Virus record (IMG/VR): IMGVR_UViG_3300010998_000002
Span: 1 to 64,000 of that record
Length of the DNA stretch: 64,000 bases
Direction: 5' to 3' (one strand)
From: a virus
Lineage: Duplodnaviria; Caudoviricetes
Under the pieces are notes generated by a model. The model did not search any database. It saw only the letters and a program-made list of their open reading frames with translations, and was not told where the DNA came from. The translations under genes were made by a program, and so were the position numbers. Every line of letters starts with the position of its first letter. Positions within the stretch are counted from its first letter, which is position 1. Positions 18,833 to 29,060 of this stretch are shown in pieces.

Positions 18833-19161
18833 TGTCCAAACCTTTGTTTACTAATTTGTTTCATTAAATTTTTATTACAAGTAAATCTATGAAAACCTAA
18901 TCCCTTTGGACTAAACATATCTTTAACCAAAACATAAAAATTATTTTCTTCTATTTTACCTGTTTCACGATTAACAACATTGCATAATTGCTCCACTTCA
19001 ACCACTTTTGCTGTGGCAAAATTACCACCAAAATATTTTTCGCATATTTCACAAAATGTTGGCTGATTAAAAATATCCGACATAATACCAATTATTTGCC
19101 AACATTCTTTTTCATTATTACGAGTTAATAATAATTTGTTTTCACTATTTTTTACTAGCAT
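18829..19161 (-). CDS. hypothetical protein
   Basis: 110-aa ORF, GAGGG SD. Confidence 0.65.
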   Translation of the reverse strand: MLVKNSENKLLLTRNNEKECWQIIGIMSDIFNQPTFCEICEKYFGGNFATAKVVEVEQLCNVVNRETGKIEENNFYVLVKDMFSPKGLGFHRFTCNKNLMKQISKQRFGQ

Positions 19162-19182
19162 CTCGCCCTCTTTAATCTAATT

Positions 19183-19458
19183 TTACTCTTTTTCTGTATC
19201 TGTGTCAAGAGTAGGAAATTGTGCCTTATACATATTATCCGCTATCTCCATTATAATATCCTCTGTTGCCTTAATTTCCTTTTGTAATTTATCATTTTCT
19301 TCTTTTAGTTTTTGATTTTCGGTTTCTAGTTCTTGATTTTTAATTATCAAATCAGAATGTGCCTTAATATCATTTTCTACTTCTTCTTGCAATATTTCAT
19401 TTTCTTTTTTTAAACTATTTATTTCTTCTTGTAAATCTTTTTCTGTTTCATTTACCAT
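19183..19458 (-). CDS. hypothetical coiled-coil protein
   Basis: heptad-like E/K/L pattern. Confidence 0.7.
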   Translation of the reverse strand: MVNETEKDLQEEINSLKKENEILQEEVENDIKAHSDLIIKNQELETENQKLKEENDKLQKEIKATEDIIMEIADNMYKAQFPTLDTDTEKE

Positions 19459-19465
19459 ATCTCAC

Positions 19466-19675
19466 CTAAAATTCTATTGGTATGCCGATAGGATTATCTT
19501 TTATAAAATAACAATTATTTAAAACATAATCTTTTAATAATAATTCGGTATTAACCAATGCTTGAACTTCATAACATTGCTCACCATTTACCGTTTTACC
19601 ACCAACAACCTTAAATGGTATGCCATTTGAATCTTTTAATATTGTACCATAAACAATTTCATTTTCTTTAACCAT
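19466..19675 (-). CDS. hypothetical protein
   Basis: start at MVKENE, overlapping stop of the upstream small ORF. Confidence 0.6.
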   Translation of the reverse strand: MVKENEIVYGTILKDSNGIPFKVVGGKTVNGEQCYEVQALVNTELLLKDYVLNNCYFIKDNPIGIPIEF

Positions 19676-19814
19676 TACCAAATATCCTACAATATAAATC
19701 CCATAATACAACCGATAAAATACCAAATCTACAAGTTAAATAAAACTCGCAAGAATTATCATCAATTTTCTTTGTTTTTACCGGAGATAAAAAAGAACTT
19801 ATTTTATTTCTCAT
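19668..19814 (-). CDS. small hypothetical protein (48 aa, not in ORF track)
   Basis: MRNKISSFL...RIFGNG; ATGA overlap with upstream gene, fills the gap. Confidence 0.5.
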   Translation of the reverse strand: MRNKISSFLSPVKTKKIDDNSCEFYLTCRFGILSVVLWDLYCRIFGNG

Positions 19815-20158
19815 TCTAAACTATCCTCATCTACTTCCCAATCCGGAGAATCTAATACTTTAATTATTTCAACTATTCGCACATCTGCAAAAGCATCCGG
19901 ATTTTCTTCTTGATACTGACGTTTACCCTCATCAACAAATTCCCATTCATCGGCATATAATGGCTCAATATCATCTGTATCTATATCAACATCTACAAAT
20001 TGTTCTTTGCCGTATTGTGGCTCACTAGGATATTCCCACCAACTCATATAATGTCCGCTAGTTGTTAATGAAGTATATATATCTACAATTTCATCATTTG
20101 ATAGTTTTGCTTCTACTCTTACGTTATTTGCCGTAAAACGTGCTACACAATCTATCAT
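19811..20158 (-). CDS. hypothetical acidic protein
   Basis: start MIDC after GAGAGG SD. Confidence 0.7.
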   Translation of the reverse strand: MIDCVARFTANNVRVEAKLSNDEIVDIYTSLTTSGHYMSWWEYPSEPQYGKEQFVDVDIDTDDIEPLYADEWEFVDEGKRQYQEENPDAFADVRIVEIIKVLDSPDWEVDEDSLE

Positions 20159-20283
20159 AATAACCTCTCTTTCTGTTATATATTTTATACTATCATATTT
20201 TAATACAAAAGTCAATACAAAAAGTTTACAAAAATTTTCAAATTCAGTATAATAAGTAGAACGATTTTTTGAGAGAGGGATTT

Positions 20284-20877
20284 ATGGATTATCAACAAAT
20301 AATTTGCCAAACTACAGGCAAAACAATGAAAGCGGATAGAATGTATAAAATCAGGAATAGTCAGGAGAATTATTTAGAAAATGTCGTTAGTATTTGTCAT
20401 AACTGCCCTTTTGTAGATAGTAATAATCCAGCATGTCAAAAATGCTATGGTACTATTGTGCAAAATGCTTATAGACAAATTAATGAAAAGACAGGGAGAG
20501 TAAAAATGGATGCCGTTAGTTATAGAAATAATTTTTGCAAAATCGGTGATGAATATATGGAAATGATGGATGCCGATACTTTTTTAGAAACAATAGATAT
20601 TATTGCAAATCTTAATAATGCTAATTGGAATCATGGACAAAGAATTTCAGACCATCTTCGTGGATATGACAGACCTAAAACATGGAAAACAGATTGTGCT
20701 AATTGCAAAATTCGTTATCATCAAAAGGATGAATTAACTCCATGTGAAAAGGCTAAACAATACGTTGAATCTATTGGAATTAATTTAGACTCCGCAACAG
20801 AAAAACAAATAGCAAATATTGTTTTACCAACAGAATGTATTTGTAAAGAACAAACACAACGTATGTATTTTGTCTAG
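20284..20877 (+). CDS. hypothetical Cys-rich (zinc-binding) protein
   Basis: CHNC, CQKC, CANC motifs; GAGGG SD; divergent promoter. Confidence 0.7.
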   Translation: MDYQQIICQTTGKTMKADRMYKIRNSQENYLENVVSICHNCPFVDSNNPACQKCYGTIVQNAYRQINEKTGRVKMDAVSYRNNFCKIGDEYMEMMDADTFLETIDIIANLNNANWNHGQRISDHLRGYDRPKTWKTDCANCKIRYHQKDELTPCEKAKQYVESIGINLDSATEKQIANIVLPTECICKEQTQRMYFV

Positions 20878-20887
20878 GAGAATTATT

Positions 20888-21640
20888 ATGAGTAATGAAT
20901 ATCATATAAAATTAAACGGATATAAAATTAAGCATTTATTTAAAAACATAAGAAAATTAAACGGTGGAAAAAACCTTTTGGCAAAAAAATTAGGAATTAC
21001 ACCGGCTACTCTTGATGATTATTTAAAATCCGGTCAAGAATTATTGGATAATTTTGATGAAAAATTGCAACCAATTTATGAATTAGATATTGATGCTATA
21101 GATGAAGATTTAACGGCACAAAAACAAGAATTTGTTGATGGATTTTTGCAGGCAGAAGGTGGTAATGTTCTTTCTGATAAAAACAGAAATGCTTTTGAAG
21201 TTTATTTTATTGAAAAGAAAGAACAATTAAAAGAATCTTATATCTTTAATTTTCAAAAACAAATAATTGATAATATTCAATGGTCGGAAAACGAATTAGA
21301 GAATAAAAAAATAATTCTTTTAATGCTTTTTAAACTTATTTATGATAGGGCGCAAATGAGTTTAGATGAAGAATTATTATATTTAAAAAATCGTTATGCT
21401 AAATCTTCAAGTAAACATGTCGCTATTGTAGTTAAAGATTTAGAACGCAGAAATAAAGAAGATTTTGGAGAAGTTAAAAATGATGACAAACAAAAAGCAA
21501 TTACTTTTAATCAATTTAACAACTTCACACATTATAGTATTGAACATGACAAAGCGCATGGAATTTTAAAGCAAAATCCGACAAAATATTTACCAGATAA
21601 CGAAAACAATGAAGATATTATTGATGCAGAATATGAATAA
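20888..21640 (+). CDS. HTH protein, possible terminase small subunit
   Basis: N-terminal HTH (LAKKLGITPATLDDYL), ERRNKEDFG motif and C-terminal DIIDAEYE. Confidence 0.5.
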   Translation: MSNEYHIKLNGYKIKHLFKNIRKLNGGKNLLAKKLGITPATLDDYLKSGQELLDNFDEKLQPIYELDIDAIDEDLTAQKQEFVDGFLQAEGGNVLSDKNRNAFEVYFIEKKEQLKESYIFNFQKQIIDNIQWSENELENKKIILLMLFKLIYDRAQMSLDEELLYLKNRYAKSSSKHVAIVVKDLERRNKEDFGEVKNDDKQKAITFNQFNNFTHYSIEHDKAHGILKQNPTKYLPDNENNEDIIDAEYE

Positions 21641-21741
21641 AATACATTATAATATATATTAAATAATTTAAAATATATTATCGTAAACTTTAAATACTAT
21701 TTTCTAATATATTATACTATACTTTGGATGATTATTTTAAT

Positions 21742-21770
21742 ACCACCTAGAAATAGGTGGTTTTTCTTTT
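21742..21770 (+). terminator. intrinsic terminator at convergent junction
   Basis: ACCACCTA-gaaa-TAGGTGGT followed by T-tract; second inverted repeat GGTTTACTTTT/AAAAGTAAACC at 21771-21798. Confidence 0.8.
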
Positions 21771-21827
21771 GGTTTACTTTTGTTATAAAAAGTAAACCTA
21801 TGGTTTACATATTAGAACATTTTTAAA

Positions 21828-22148
21828 CTAATTAAAATAAACATCATCAAAAGGTGCTTTGCATTTTATATATGCTTTAATAACCTCAACGGCTTCATAA
21901 TCCGGCAAATATTGTCCATTGCTACCATCTGCTTTTGATAACATTTCTTCCCAATTAGCACTTTCATGTTTAAGAATATCTAACCAACCCATTGTGGCTC
22001 TTGTACTCCATGCTATTGGTTTTGTTTTGGTATGAACATTATACCATTGCCCAAAATCATTTTTATAACCAACTAATGCCGTACCTTTTTTACATACACT
22101 TAATGGCTTATAATATACAACATCATTCTTACACTTTACTCTCGCCAT
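21828..22148 (-). CDS. hypothetical protein
   Basis: start probably MARVKC after GAGG. Confidence 0.65.
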   Translation of the reverse strand: MARVKCKNDVVYYKPLSVCKKGTALVGYKNDFGQWYNVHTKTKPIAWSTRATMGWLDILKHESANWEEMLSKADGSNGQYLPDYEAVEVIKAYIKCKAPFDDVYFN

Positions 22149-22293
22149 TTTCTGCATCCTCAATTATATTTAATATATCATAATTGATGCCAGCATATAA
22201 ACCGGCATTGCATAATTCTTTTATTTTATCAATAACTGCTTTACGATACCAAGTTTCTTCTTCACCTAAAGCATTCTTTAATTTCCAAATCAT
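22129..22293 (-). CDS. small hypothetical protein (54 aa, not in ORF track)
   Basis: MIWKLKNALG...NGESKV; ATGA overlap with upstream gene. Confidence 0.55.
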   Translation of the reverse strand: MIWKLKNALGEEETWYRKAVIDKIKELCNAGLYAGINYDILNIIEDAENGESKV

Positions 22294-22754
22294 TCTTCTT
22301 CATCATCCTCGTCAAAATATTCTTCTTCAATATCGACATCACTATTATAAGCATCATCTATCTTTTTCGTAATTTCTTCATGAGATAATTCTTTTAAGCA
22401 ATCTGGTGGAGTTCCAGCCAATTTATTTTTTCTTAAAGTGTCGTATTTTTGCAAATCTTTTTCTAATAAATAAATTTTATCTCGCAAAACTCTATTTTCA
22501 TCTTCTATTACACCTAGTTTTTCAACATAATTACCATCAGCAGTATTTTTAATAATATCTGCTATATGGTCGTTAATATGAATTTGTGTTTTACGAATTT
22601 CGGCTAATGATTCTGTTAATCCTATTAACCTACCACCAAATTCATTGAAAAGATTAGGATTATATTCATTTGCTCTTGCATTTGCAACATTATCCATTAT
22701 CTTTTCAATTTCTACAGTTAATAATTCCATTTCTGTCGTAATTTGCGTAAACAC
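22290..22754 (-). CDS. hypothetical protein with acidic tail
   Basis: 154-aa ORF, GTG start after GAGG. Confidence 0.7.
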   Translation of the reverse strand: MFTQITTEMELLTVEIEKIMDNVANARANEYNPNLFNEFGGRLIGLTESLAEIRKTQIHINDHIADIIKNTADGNYVEKLGVIEDENRVLRDKIYLLEKDLQKYDTLRKNKLAGTPPDCLKELSHEEITKKIDDAYNSDVDIEEEYFDEDDEEE

Positions 22755-22769
22755 GTCTATTTACCTCGT

Positions 22770-24626
22770 TTATAACTTCCACGAATAGTGTCCATTTTTA
22801 TCTTGAACAATATTTATAAGTTGATAAGTACCATTAGAATAAATAATCCCAACACCCTGTACCCAACTTGATAAACCTTTATTATAACTTAATCTTAATT
22901 TAGATGAAGTTCCAACACTTACAGCACCACGATAAATACGAGGTTGATGTGTATGTGCTGACATAGATTTTTTATATGCTTTACGGAATATCTGCAAATT
23001 TCCACGACTTCCATTTGCACCCCTAGCGCCATGCTGGCTTACTTCAATGCCATAAAAATCATAATCTTCATCTGGTTCTAACCATTTTGTTTTCTTTTTA
23101 TTTCTAAATGGTGTTTGATTTTCAATCATAAATCTTATCGGCAAACTTTCACCATCCAACATTGCTTTAACAATATCTAAAGAATAGCGCAAATTAATTT
23201 TATCTGTTGCATATCTGCCATCTTCTAGGTATCTATCTAAATGCTCATGGTGATTAGAATCTACAATTATCATTTTTCCGTCAATCTTTTCTGCAAATCT
23301 ATCCAAATATTGAGCAACGATATTGGCTTCATCTTCTAATGATATTTTACCTTCATTTGCTTTTTTTGCTAAAGTAATTGTTTTATTTTTATCGTGATGC
23401 GTGATTGAAATTGCCGAAAATACGTCATGTAAAACAAGATTTTTAATGTTTAAATAATTAATCATATCTTCTTCGGCTTCAATTGCGATTTCATCATGCT
23501 CTCCAAAATGAGAATCACCAACAACCATAACACTACCTTCGGCTTGTTTCATTCCATCGCCAGAATAAACAATACCTAAATCAATTATTTCACCATTCTT
23601 GCCCATTTGAACTTGTCTAAAATGGAATATTTTATCATTTTCAATTTCTACGATAATTCCACCTAAAACATGTTCATATTCAGCAATTTTATTTAATCTT
23701 TGGCTCATATAAACATCATTACTATAATCGTTTTCAGTTATAGCACCTGTAGTCATAATCGCTGTCGGTATTTGATTATTACTATTAGCAATATAATCTA
23801 AATCCTGTTTTGGACTTGCTATAATTACACTACCATCTTGTGTAAATTGTGGCAGACCGGATATTGGATTTATTTGTTTTGCAGAAATTTTTATATCTGA
23901 TATATAAATATTACTATTCAAATAAGTATCATTATATACAACATAAAATCCATCTGTTTTTAATTTTGGTGATAATTGCCAATTATAAACAGATTTTCTG
24001 TTGCTTACATCTTCACATGGCAACACTAAACAAATTGCATCATTAAAATTAAGAAAAGTCTTAATTGATTCAAATAACTTCGTGCAAACCCTCTTGCCAC
24101 TTACCGCCGTTGTGATAAAAAATCTTTTATGGCTCTTAATTGCATCTTTTGTTTGCTTCTGATATTCTTTATTAAAGTCATCTTCATTAAATAGTTTTTC
24201 TTCAATATCAGAATAATTTGCCTTCAAATCCTTTACTATATCTAATTCAGAATCGTAATATTTATTAGCCTTAAATCCTAATAAATTATTTAGGGTTATA
24301 AAATCCGGCACATAATTATTTGCTTTAACATAATTATAAGTGGCTTCTAAAATTTCAGATTTAAAATCTCTTGTCGGAGTTTCTTTTTCTAATCTTAATT
24401 TATCTCGTTTTGCTATTTCACCATCTCGTTTAAAAAGTGTATCTAAAAACATCGCCGGTTTTTTTTGGTCTAAAATATATTCAAAACATTCTATTGGCTG
24501 ATATGTTTCACCACTTTCAGATAAATCTCTGTATTGTCTAAAAAATTCTCTACATTCTTCTCTTTTTGGATAACCATTTTCGGCTCTCCAATTCTCAAAT
24601 TCCTCAATAAAATCTCTAAAATTCAT
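22770..24626 (-). CDS. large phage protein with C-terminal metallophosphoesterase-like domain
   Basis: GDSH, HDVF, SNH, QHG, HTH motifs. Confidence 0.75.
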   Translation of the reverse strand: MNFRDFIEEFENWRAENGYPKREECREFFRQYRDLSESGETYQPIECFEYILDQKKPAMFLDTLFKRDGEIAKRDKLRLEKETPTRDFKSEILEATYNYVKANNYVPDFITLNNLLGFKANKYYDSELDIVKDLKANYSDIEEKLFNEDDFNKEYQKQTKDAIKSHKRFFITTAVSGKRVCTKLFESIKTFLNFNDAICLVLPCEDVSNRKSVYNWQLSPKLKTDGFYVVYNDTYLNSNIYISDIKISAKQINPISGLPQFTQDGSVIIASPKQDLDYIANSNNQIPTAIMTTGAITENDYSNDVYMSQRLNKIAEYEHVLGGIIVEIENDKIFHFRQVQMGKNGEIIDLGIVYSGDGMKQAEGSVMVVGDSHFGEHDEIAIEAEEDMINYLNIKNLVLHDVFSAISITHHDKNKTITLAKKANEGKISLEDEANIVAQYLDRFAEKIDGKMIIVDSNHHEHLDRYLEDGRYATDKINLRYSLDIVKAMLDGESLPIRFMIENQTPFRNKKKTKWLEPDEDYDFYGIEVSQHGARGANGSRGNLQIFRKAYKKSMSAHTHQPRIYRGAVSVGTSSKLRLSYNKGLSSWVQGVGIIYSNGTYQLINIVQDKNGHYSWKL

Positions 24627-24635
24627 CTCTCACCC

Positions 24636-24875
24636 TTATACTTGCCATATTAATATTATATCACATACAAACGGAATAGTCAAATCTATTTTATAATTCA
24701 TAACATTATGTTCAACATCAAATTCGTAATCAGCATTATGCCAAAAATCAAGTTTATAAAAAGGTATAAGTCTTACTACTGTTGAAAATGGTAATCTACT
24801 AGTATCAATTCTAAAACCCAACAAACATTTTGATAAAAAATAAATCCAAATCGTATTCCAAAATTCTAAAATCAT
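24636..24875 (-). CDS. hypothetical protein
   Basis: 79-aa coupled ORF. Confidence 0.55.
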   Translation of the reverse strand: MILEFWNTIWIYFLSKCLLGFRIDTSRLPFSTVVRLIPFYKLDFWHNADYEFDVEHNVMNYKIDLTIPFVCDIILIWQV

Positions 24876-25081
24876 TGTAAAAATTCCTCAATATATCTTT
24901 CTAAATAACACAACACACTATATGGACTTGCTACAACCTCGCCTAAAGCATCCGGATGAATAGAATCAAGCCAACTTGTCGGCAAAAATTTATCTCGCAA
25001 TTCTGCAATTTTATCCGTCAGCATATCATTTTCTTGCTGTAGTCTTTTATAATCCATTTGCTCAAAACTTATTTCACTCAT
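24872..25081 (-). CDS. hypothetical protein
   Basis: 69-aa coupled ORF. Confidence 0.6.
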   Translation of the reverse strand: MSEISFEQMDYKRLQQENDMLTDKIAELRDKFLPTSWLDSIHPDALGEVVASPYSVLCYLERYIEEFLQ

Positions 25082-25668
25082 TATAAAATTTCCCTTAAAT
25101 CTTGTCCGTTAATTTCATTTCCTAAACAATCCCATCCTGGTGTTATTTGACGTGCAAATAATTCTGCTCTAGGTAAATCTCCAAATAGTTCAACAATTTT
25201 ATCTCTTACAATATCTGGTTTTTTGCTGTGTTCTTCTTTTGGAGCAAATATTAAAGAAGATACTTTATTTGATACCGGTTTCATTTTACCTTTAATACCC
25301 AAAAAACAATGTTCTGCATTAGACTTTGTATAATAACCAATACCAAAAAACGGAGTCATTTTATTAGGATTAATTTTTACCCAAGTAAAACCAATATTTA
25401 CTAATCTAAAACCCCAATGCTCAAAAAGTTCTAACTTCTGTGCCAAATTACTATCACCTGTTGATGTAGTCGCCCACATAAATAATGCGCAATTATCATC
25501 AGCAATTGACGGTATGTCTAATGCTTTAATTTCTTTTAATGACATTGTAGGATATTTATCAGTAACACCACCACCAAAACGAGTTTCAGTATTATTTCTT
25601 GCATTAAACTTCCATGCTGGGTCGCAAAGAATAATATTGTATTTCTTTTTATTCTGTAAATTTAGCAT
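25081..25668 (-). CDS. MT-A70 family adenine methyltransferase
   Basis: DPAW catalytic motif, LFMWAT, FTWVK, HSKKP, ELFAR, GWD..GNE. Confidence 0.9.
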   Translation of the reverse strand: MLNLQNKKKYNIILCDPAWKFNARNNTETRFGGGVTDKYPTMSLKEIKALDIPSIADDNCALFMWATTSTGDSNLAQKLELFEHWGFRLVNIGFTWVKINPNKMTPFFGIGYYTKSNAEHCFLGIKGKMKPVSNKVSSLIFAPKEEHSKKPDIVRDKIVELFGDLPRAELFARQITPGWDCLGNEINGQDLREIL

Positions 25669-26128
25669 ATTGCTCTATATATCTCCCATTTTTAGTCTTA
25701 TATTTAAAAGTTTCTAGTTTAAATTCAATACATTGTTTATAAAAACCATTTTTAGACAAAACATCTTCTCGTTTAAAATAAGCAATTTTTCTTTCTGGTA
25801 AAAATACAAATGCAAAATAATCTACATCACCACTATTATTATAACCATACGGATGTTTATTACTTTTACATCTTCTTAATCCAAAACGCACCTTTGGTAT
25901 TTTTGTACTATCTATAAATAAAGATTGGCTAGTTTTTACTTGCATAGTTTTTAATTTGCCATCAATATCTATAATAACATCATAATGTAAACCCTGTTCG
26001 GACAAAAAAGCCACTTTTCCTTGACATATTAAATCACAACAAACTAGATATTCTCCGGCTTTACCAACTTGCATTTCATCAGATATATAAGATTTTGTAT
26101 CAATATGTTTATTCTGTGAATTTACCAT
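25649..26128 (-). CDS. PD-(D/E)XK endonuclease, probably free-standing homing endonuclease
   Basis: GKAGEYLV, YDVIID, QVKT, VDYFAFV; overlaps both flanking MTase genes. Confidence 0.75.
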   Translation of the reverse strand: MVNSQNKHIDTKSYISDEMQVGKAGEYLVCCDLICQGKVAFLSEQGLHYDVIIDIDGKLKTMQVKTSQSLFIDSTKIPKVRFGLRRCKSNKHPYGYNNSGDVDYFAFVFLPERKIAYFKREDVLSKNGFYKQCIEFKLETFKYKTKNGRYIEQYAKFTE

Positions 26129-26834
26129 CTAATCTGTCCTTTGTAATATTAAAATATTTTTCATCAATTTCAGCACCAATAAAACGTCTATTTGATTTTT
26201 GACATGCTATTGAAGTTGCACCAATACCAACAAAAGGGTCTAATACAATTTCATTTTCTTTTGTAGAATTTTCAACTAAAATTTTCATTAAATTTATTGG
26301 CTTTTCTGTATCATGATAATTTTCACCATTAGCATCTTTATGTTTTTTATTTGGTATATCTAATACATCTGGTGTACCACAATTATTAATCTTGATTCCT
26401 TTTCCCTTACGACAAAATAATATATGCTCTTTTGTTGTCATATAAAATTGCCCCATAATTTTATTATCTTTATGCCAAATAATATCTTTAATAAAATTAA
26501 ATCCGCAATCCCGAATAGTGATAAGAAAATCTGTTAAATTTTTGTCGTTAGTCATAAAATATGCATGCCCCCCATTTTTGAGTAAATTGTAACATTTTGG
26601 CATCCATTTTGTTACATCACACGCATTATTATTAAAAACTTTACCAGACATTCCAATTTTCTTTTTTAGCATTCCGCCTGTTGTACCATTGCAACCCCTT
26701 GAAGTCATTAAATAGGGCGGGTCTGTGGCTATGCAATCAACTTGCAAGCCACTTTGTATCATTTTCTCCATCATAATAAGGCAATCGGTATTATAAACCA
26801 AAATTTTATTGTCTTTATTATATACTCCACCCAT
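26109..26834 (-). CDS. beta-class N4-C/N6-A DNA methyltransferase
   Basis: DPPY before VLDPFVGIGAT; HDTEKP; start MGGVY after GAGAG. Confidence 0.9.
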   Translation of the reverse strand: MGGVYNKDNKILVYNTDCLIMMEKMIQSGLQVDCIATDPPYLMTSRGCNGTTGGMLKKKIGMSGKVFNNNACDVTKWMPKCYNLLKNGGHAYFMTNDKNLTDFLITIRDCGFNFIKDIIWHKDNKIMGQFYMTTKEHILFCRKGKGIKINNCGTPDVLDIPNKKHKDANGENYHDTEKPINLMKILVENSTKENEIVLDPFVGIGATSIACQKSNRRFIGAEIDEKYFNITKDRLDGKFTE

Positions 26835-26854
26835 TTCTCTCTCTTTCTTACTTC

Positions 26855-27172
26855 TTATAATGAACACATGCCATTTGAACAATTAGCACAAATTGGATTT
26901 ACAGGTGTTTTCGCTTCGGCATCTTCAATTTCTAAAAATTCTTTAAATTCACTCATTGTATGATTTATGCCATGTAATGCAGTAAATTTATTTTCGTCAA
27001 TGATTTTTAACAATACCGGAGTTGATATAATCCCATACTCCTCAATCAATGCGCTACAATCTTCTTCGTCAATATTTTTGTGTTCAACTTCTACACCTAA
27101 CTTGTCCAAAATTGCATCTAATTTCTTACATGGCATACAGCCATTCTTTTCAAATTTAATAATTCTAACCAT
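26855..27172 (-). CDS. thioredoxin/NrdH-like redoxin
   Basis: CMPC active site, STP cis-Pro; Cys-rich tail CANCSNGMCSL. Confidence 0.85.
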   Translation of the reverse strand: MVRIIKFEKNGCMPCKKLDAILDKLGVEVEHKNIDEEDCSALIEEYGIISTPVLLKIIDENKFTALHGINHTMSEFKEFLEIEDAEAKTPVNPICANCSNGMCSL

Positions 27173-27746
27173 TCTTACTCTCCATATATAGCCTTTTTTG
27201 TTCTAATAAATTCGGATATTTTTTATATAATCTATCAGCATTTTCTTTTAATATTTGATATGCACTCTGCCAATTACTATTTTCAACTTTAGCAAAAACG
27301 CAATTATGGTGCATATTTATATTACCATGTATAACTCTAAATATAGCCTGCCGAACAAAACCTAATTGTCGTGCAAAATCGGCAAGATTATCAAAATTAT
27401 ACATCTGATTTGTTATTAAATTATATCCACAGTATTCTTCTTTGTTACGAATATTTACCGCTTGTTGCTTATATGTCGCCCAACGGCAATTATCTTTATA
27501 ATAGTGGTCGTTTACATCTATTCTATCCAACGTGGTTTGTTTGACCCCAAATTGCTCACAATGAGAAAGATAAGATGGGTACATGTCAGACTTAAAGTTC
27601 TCGTAACACATCCATTTTAAGTCATATTGAATACCACGACCACCATAAAGATAAAATTTATGGCAATTAGGATTAGAGCATCTTTGCTTCATATCCGCCC
27701 AAATCTTATAAAATCTATAATCTTCTCTATTTTTACTAATCGCCAT
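27165..27746 (-). CDS. HNH-type homing endonuclease
   Basis: YKIWADMKQRC.NP, YGGRGI, TLDRID, NCRWAT..QQA.N. Confidence 0.85.
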   Translation of the reverse strand: MAISKNREDYRFYKIWADMKQRCSNPNCHKFYLYGGRGIQYDLKWMCYENFKSDMYPSYLSHCEQFGVKQTTLDRIDVNDHYYKDNCRWATYKQQAVNIRNKEEYCGYNLITNQMYNFDNLADFARQLGFVRQAIFRVIHGNINMHHNCVFAKVENSNWQSAYQILKENADRLYKKYPNLLEQKRLYMESKNG

Positions 27747-27759
27747 TATTATTCCTTTC

Positions 27760-28224
27760 TTACTTATTACCTGTTGAACCAAAACCACCAGCACCACGTT
27801 CTGTATCTTCTAATTCACTTACTTCTACATATCTTAATGTAGGATAAGGAATTACTATTACTTGTGCAATTCTTTCGCCATCTTCAATTTCTACAGGCGT
27901 ATCTTTCATATTTCTAAAGAATAAAAAGCATTCTCCACGATAATCGCTATCTAAAACACCTACGGTATTTTGTAACATTAATCCTTTTTTAGTTCCTGTT
28001 GAACTTCTAGGCACAATTAACATTACATGATTTTCCGGTAATTGAAATGCCAAGCCTGTACCAATTTTTACAGTTCCAAACGCCGGCACTTTCAATTTCG
28101 TGATTTTTTCTCCTGTTTCTTCATCGTATAAACAGGCTCTAATATCACTACCGGCAGAACCTACAGTTGCCATTGCAGGCACTACAGCATCTTCTCTTAA
28201 CTTTTTAACATAAATTTTACTCAT
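27760..28224 (-). CDS. dut: trimeric dUTPase
   Basis: AGSD, PRSS, GVLDSDYRGE, RIAQ, RGAGGFGSTG motifs. Confidence 0.97.
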   Translation of the reverse strand: MSKIYVKKLREDAVVPAMATVGSAGSDIRACLYDEETGEKITKLKVPAFGTVKIGTGLAFQLPENHVMLIVPRSSTGTKKGLMLQNTVGVLDSDYRGECFLFFRNMKDTPVEIEDGERIAQVIVIPYPTLRYVEVSELEDTERGAGGFGSTGNK

Positions 28225-28283
28225 TTATTTTTAACCTCTTTTGTATGATTTAATTATACTAAATTTTTTTATTTAAGTCAAGA

Positions 28284-29060
28284 CTAAACATTTACTAATT
28301 CTGGATGTTCTTGATAATAAATATCTTCTATATCAATTATTGACATATCTTGTAATTTATTTTCAGCATTCAATGTTTTAAGCAAATTGAACACCCTAAC
28401 TTCATCTTCCGAAGAAAAAATCTTTTTAACATTATTACCCTGTTGTAGTTTTTCTTTAACGGCTCTCATTTGTTTCCAAAATTTATAAAATCTAGTTTTG
28501 TATTTAACCATAAAGCCATTAGCATCTTCAAATACCCAACCTTCATATTGAATATCATAAGAAGAATCTTGTGATTTTTTAAAGGCATATAATTCTTCCC
28601 AACAATTGAATGTATATGCAACTTGTTTTACTTCTAAACCAAGATAATCTGCTACTTTAACGACTTCATTATAATTACTTTTCTTAAATTCAAATTCATT
28701 TTCCACAATATCTAATAAAAATAAATGATTTTTTTGATATTTAATAATATGCGGGTCATTATTTATATCAACACATTCACAAACCAATGTGCAATTATTT
28801 TCTTTGCAATATTGTTTAATGGTATTTCTTCTAATTTTTGGCATTGATTCTAATTGCTGTTTAATATAACCTACAAAATCACCATCATTAGTTGATTTTG
28901 AGCATATCAAAAGTTCATCGGTATTCCAATTATATGAAATTAAAGCCAAAAATCCATTTTCTTTTTTGTATGCAGTAACCGGAAATACTAATATCTTTTT
29001 TAATTGTTCTGACTTCCAACTTTCTGATTTATCTGGTATTAATAATTCTTTATTTATCAT
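28284..29060 (-). CDS. RNA ligase (Rnl1-like), C-terminal catalytic half
   Basis: motif I KENG, SKS, E..D.H.I.Y, EGWV, KYK..FYK; own SD GGAG 8 nt before ATG at 29060. Confidence 0.85.
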   Translation of the reverse strand: MINKELLIPDKSESWKSEQLKKILVFPVTAYKKENGFLALISYNWNTDELLICSKSTNDGDFVGYIKQQLESMPKIRRNTIKQYCKENNCTLVCECVDINNDPHIIKYQKNHLFLLDIVENEFEFKKSNYNEVVKVADYLGLEVKQVAYTFNCWEELYAFKKSQDSSYDIQYEGWVFEDANGFMVKYKTRFYKFWKQMRAVKEKLQQGNNVKKIFSSEDEVRVFNLLKTLNAENKLQDMSIIDIEDIYYQEHPELVNV

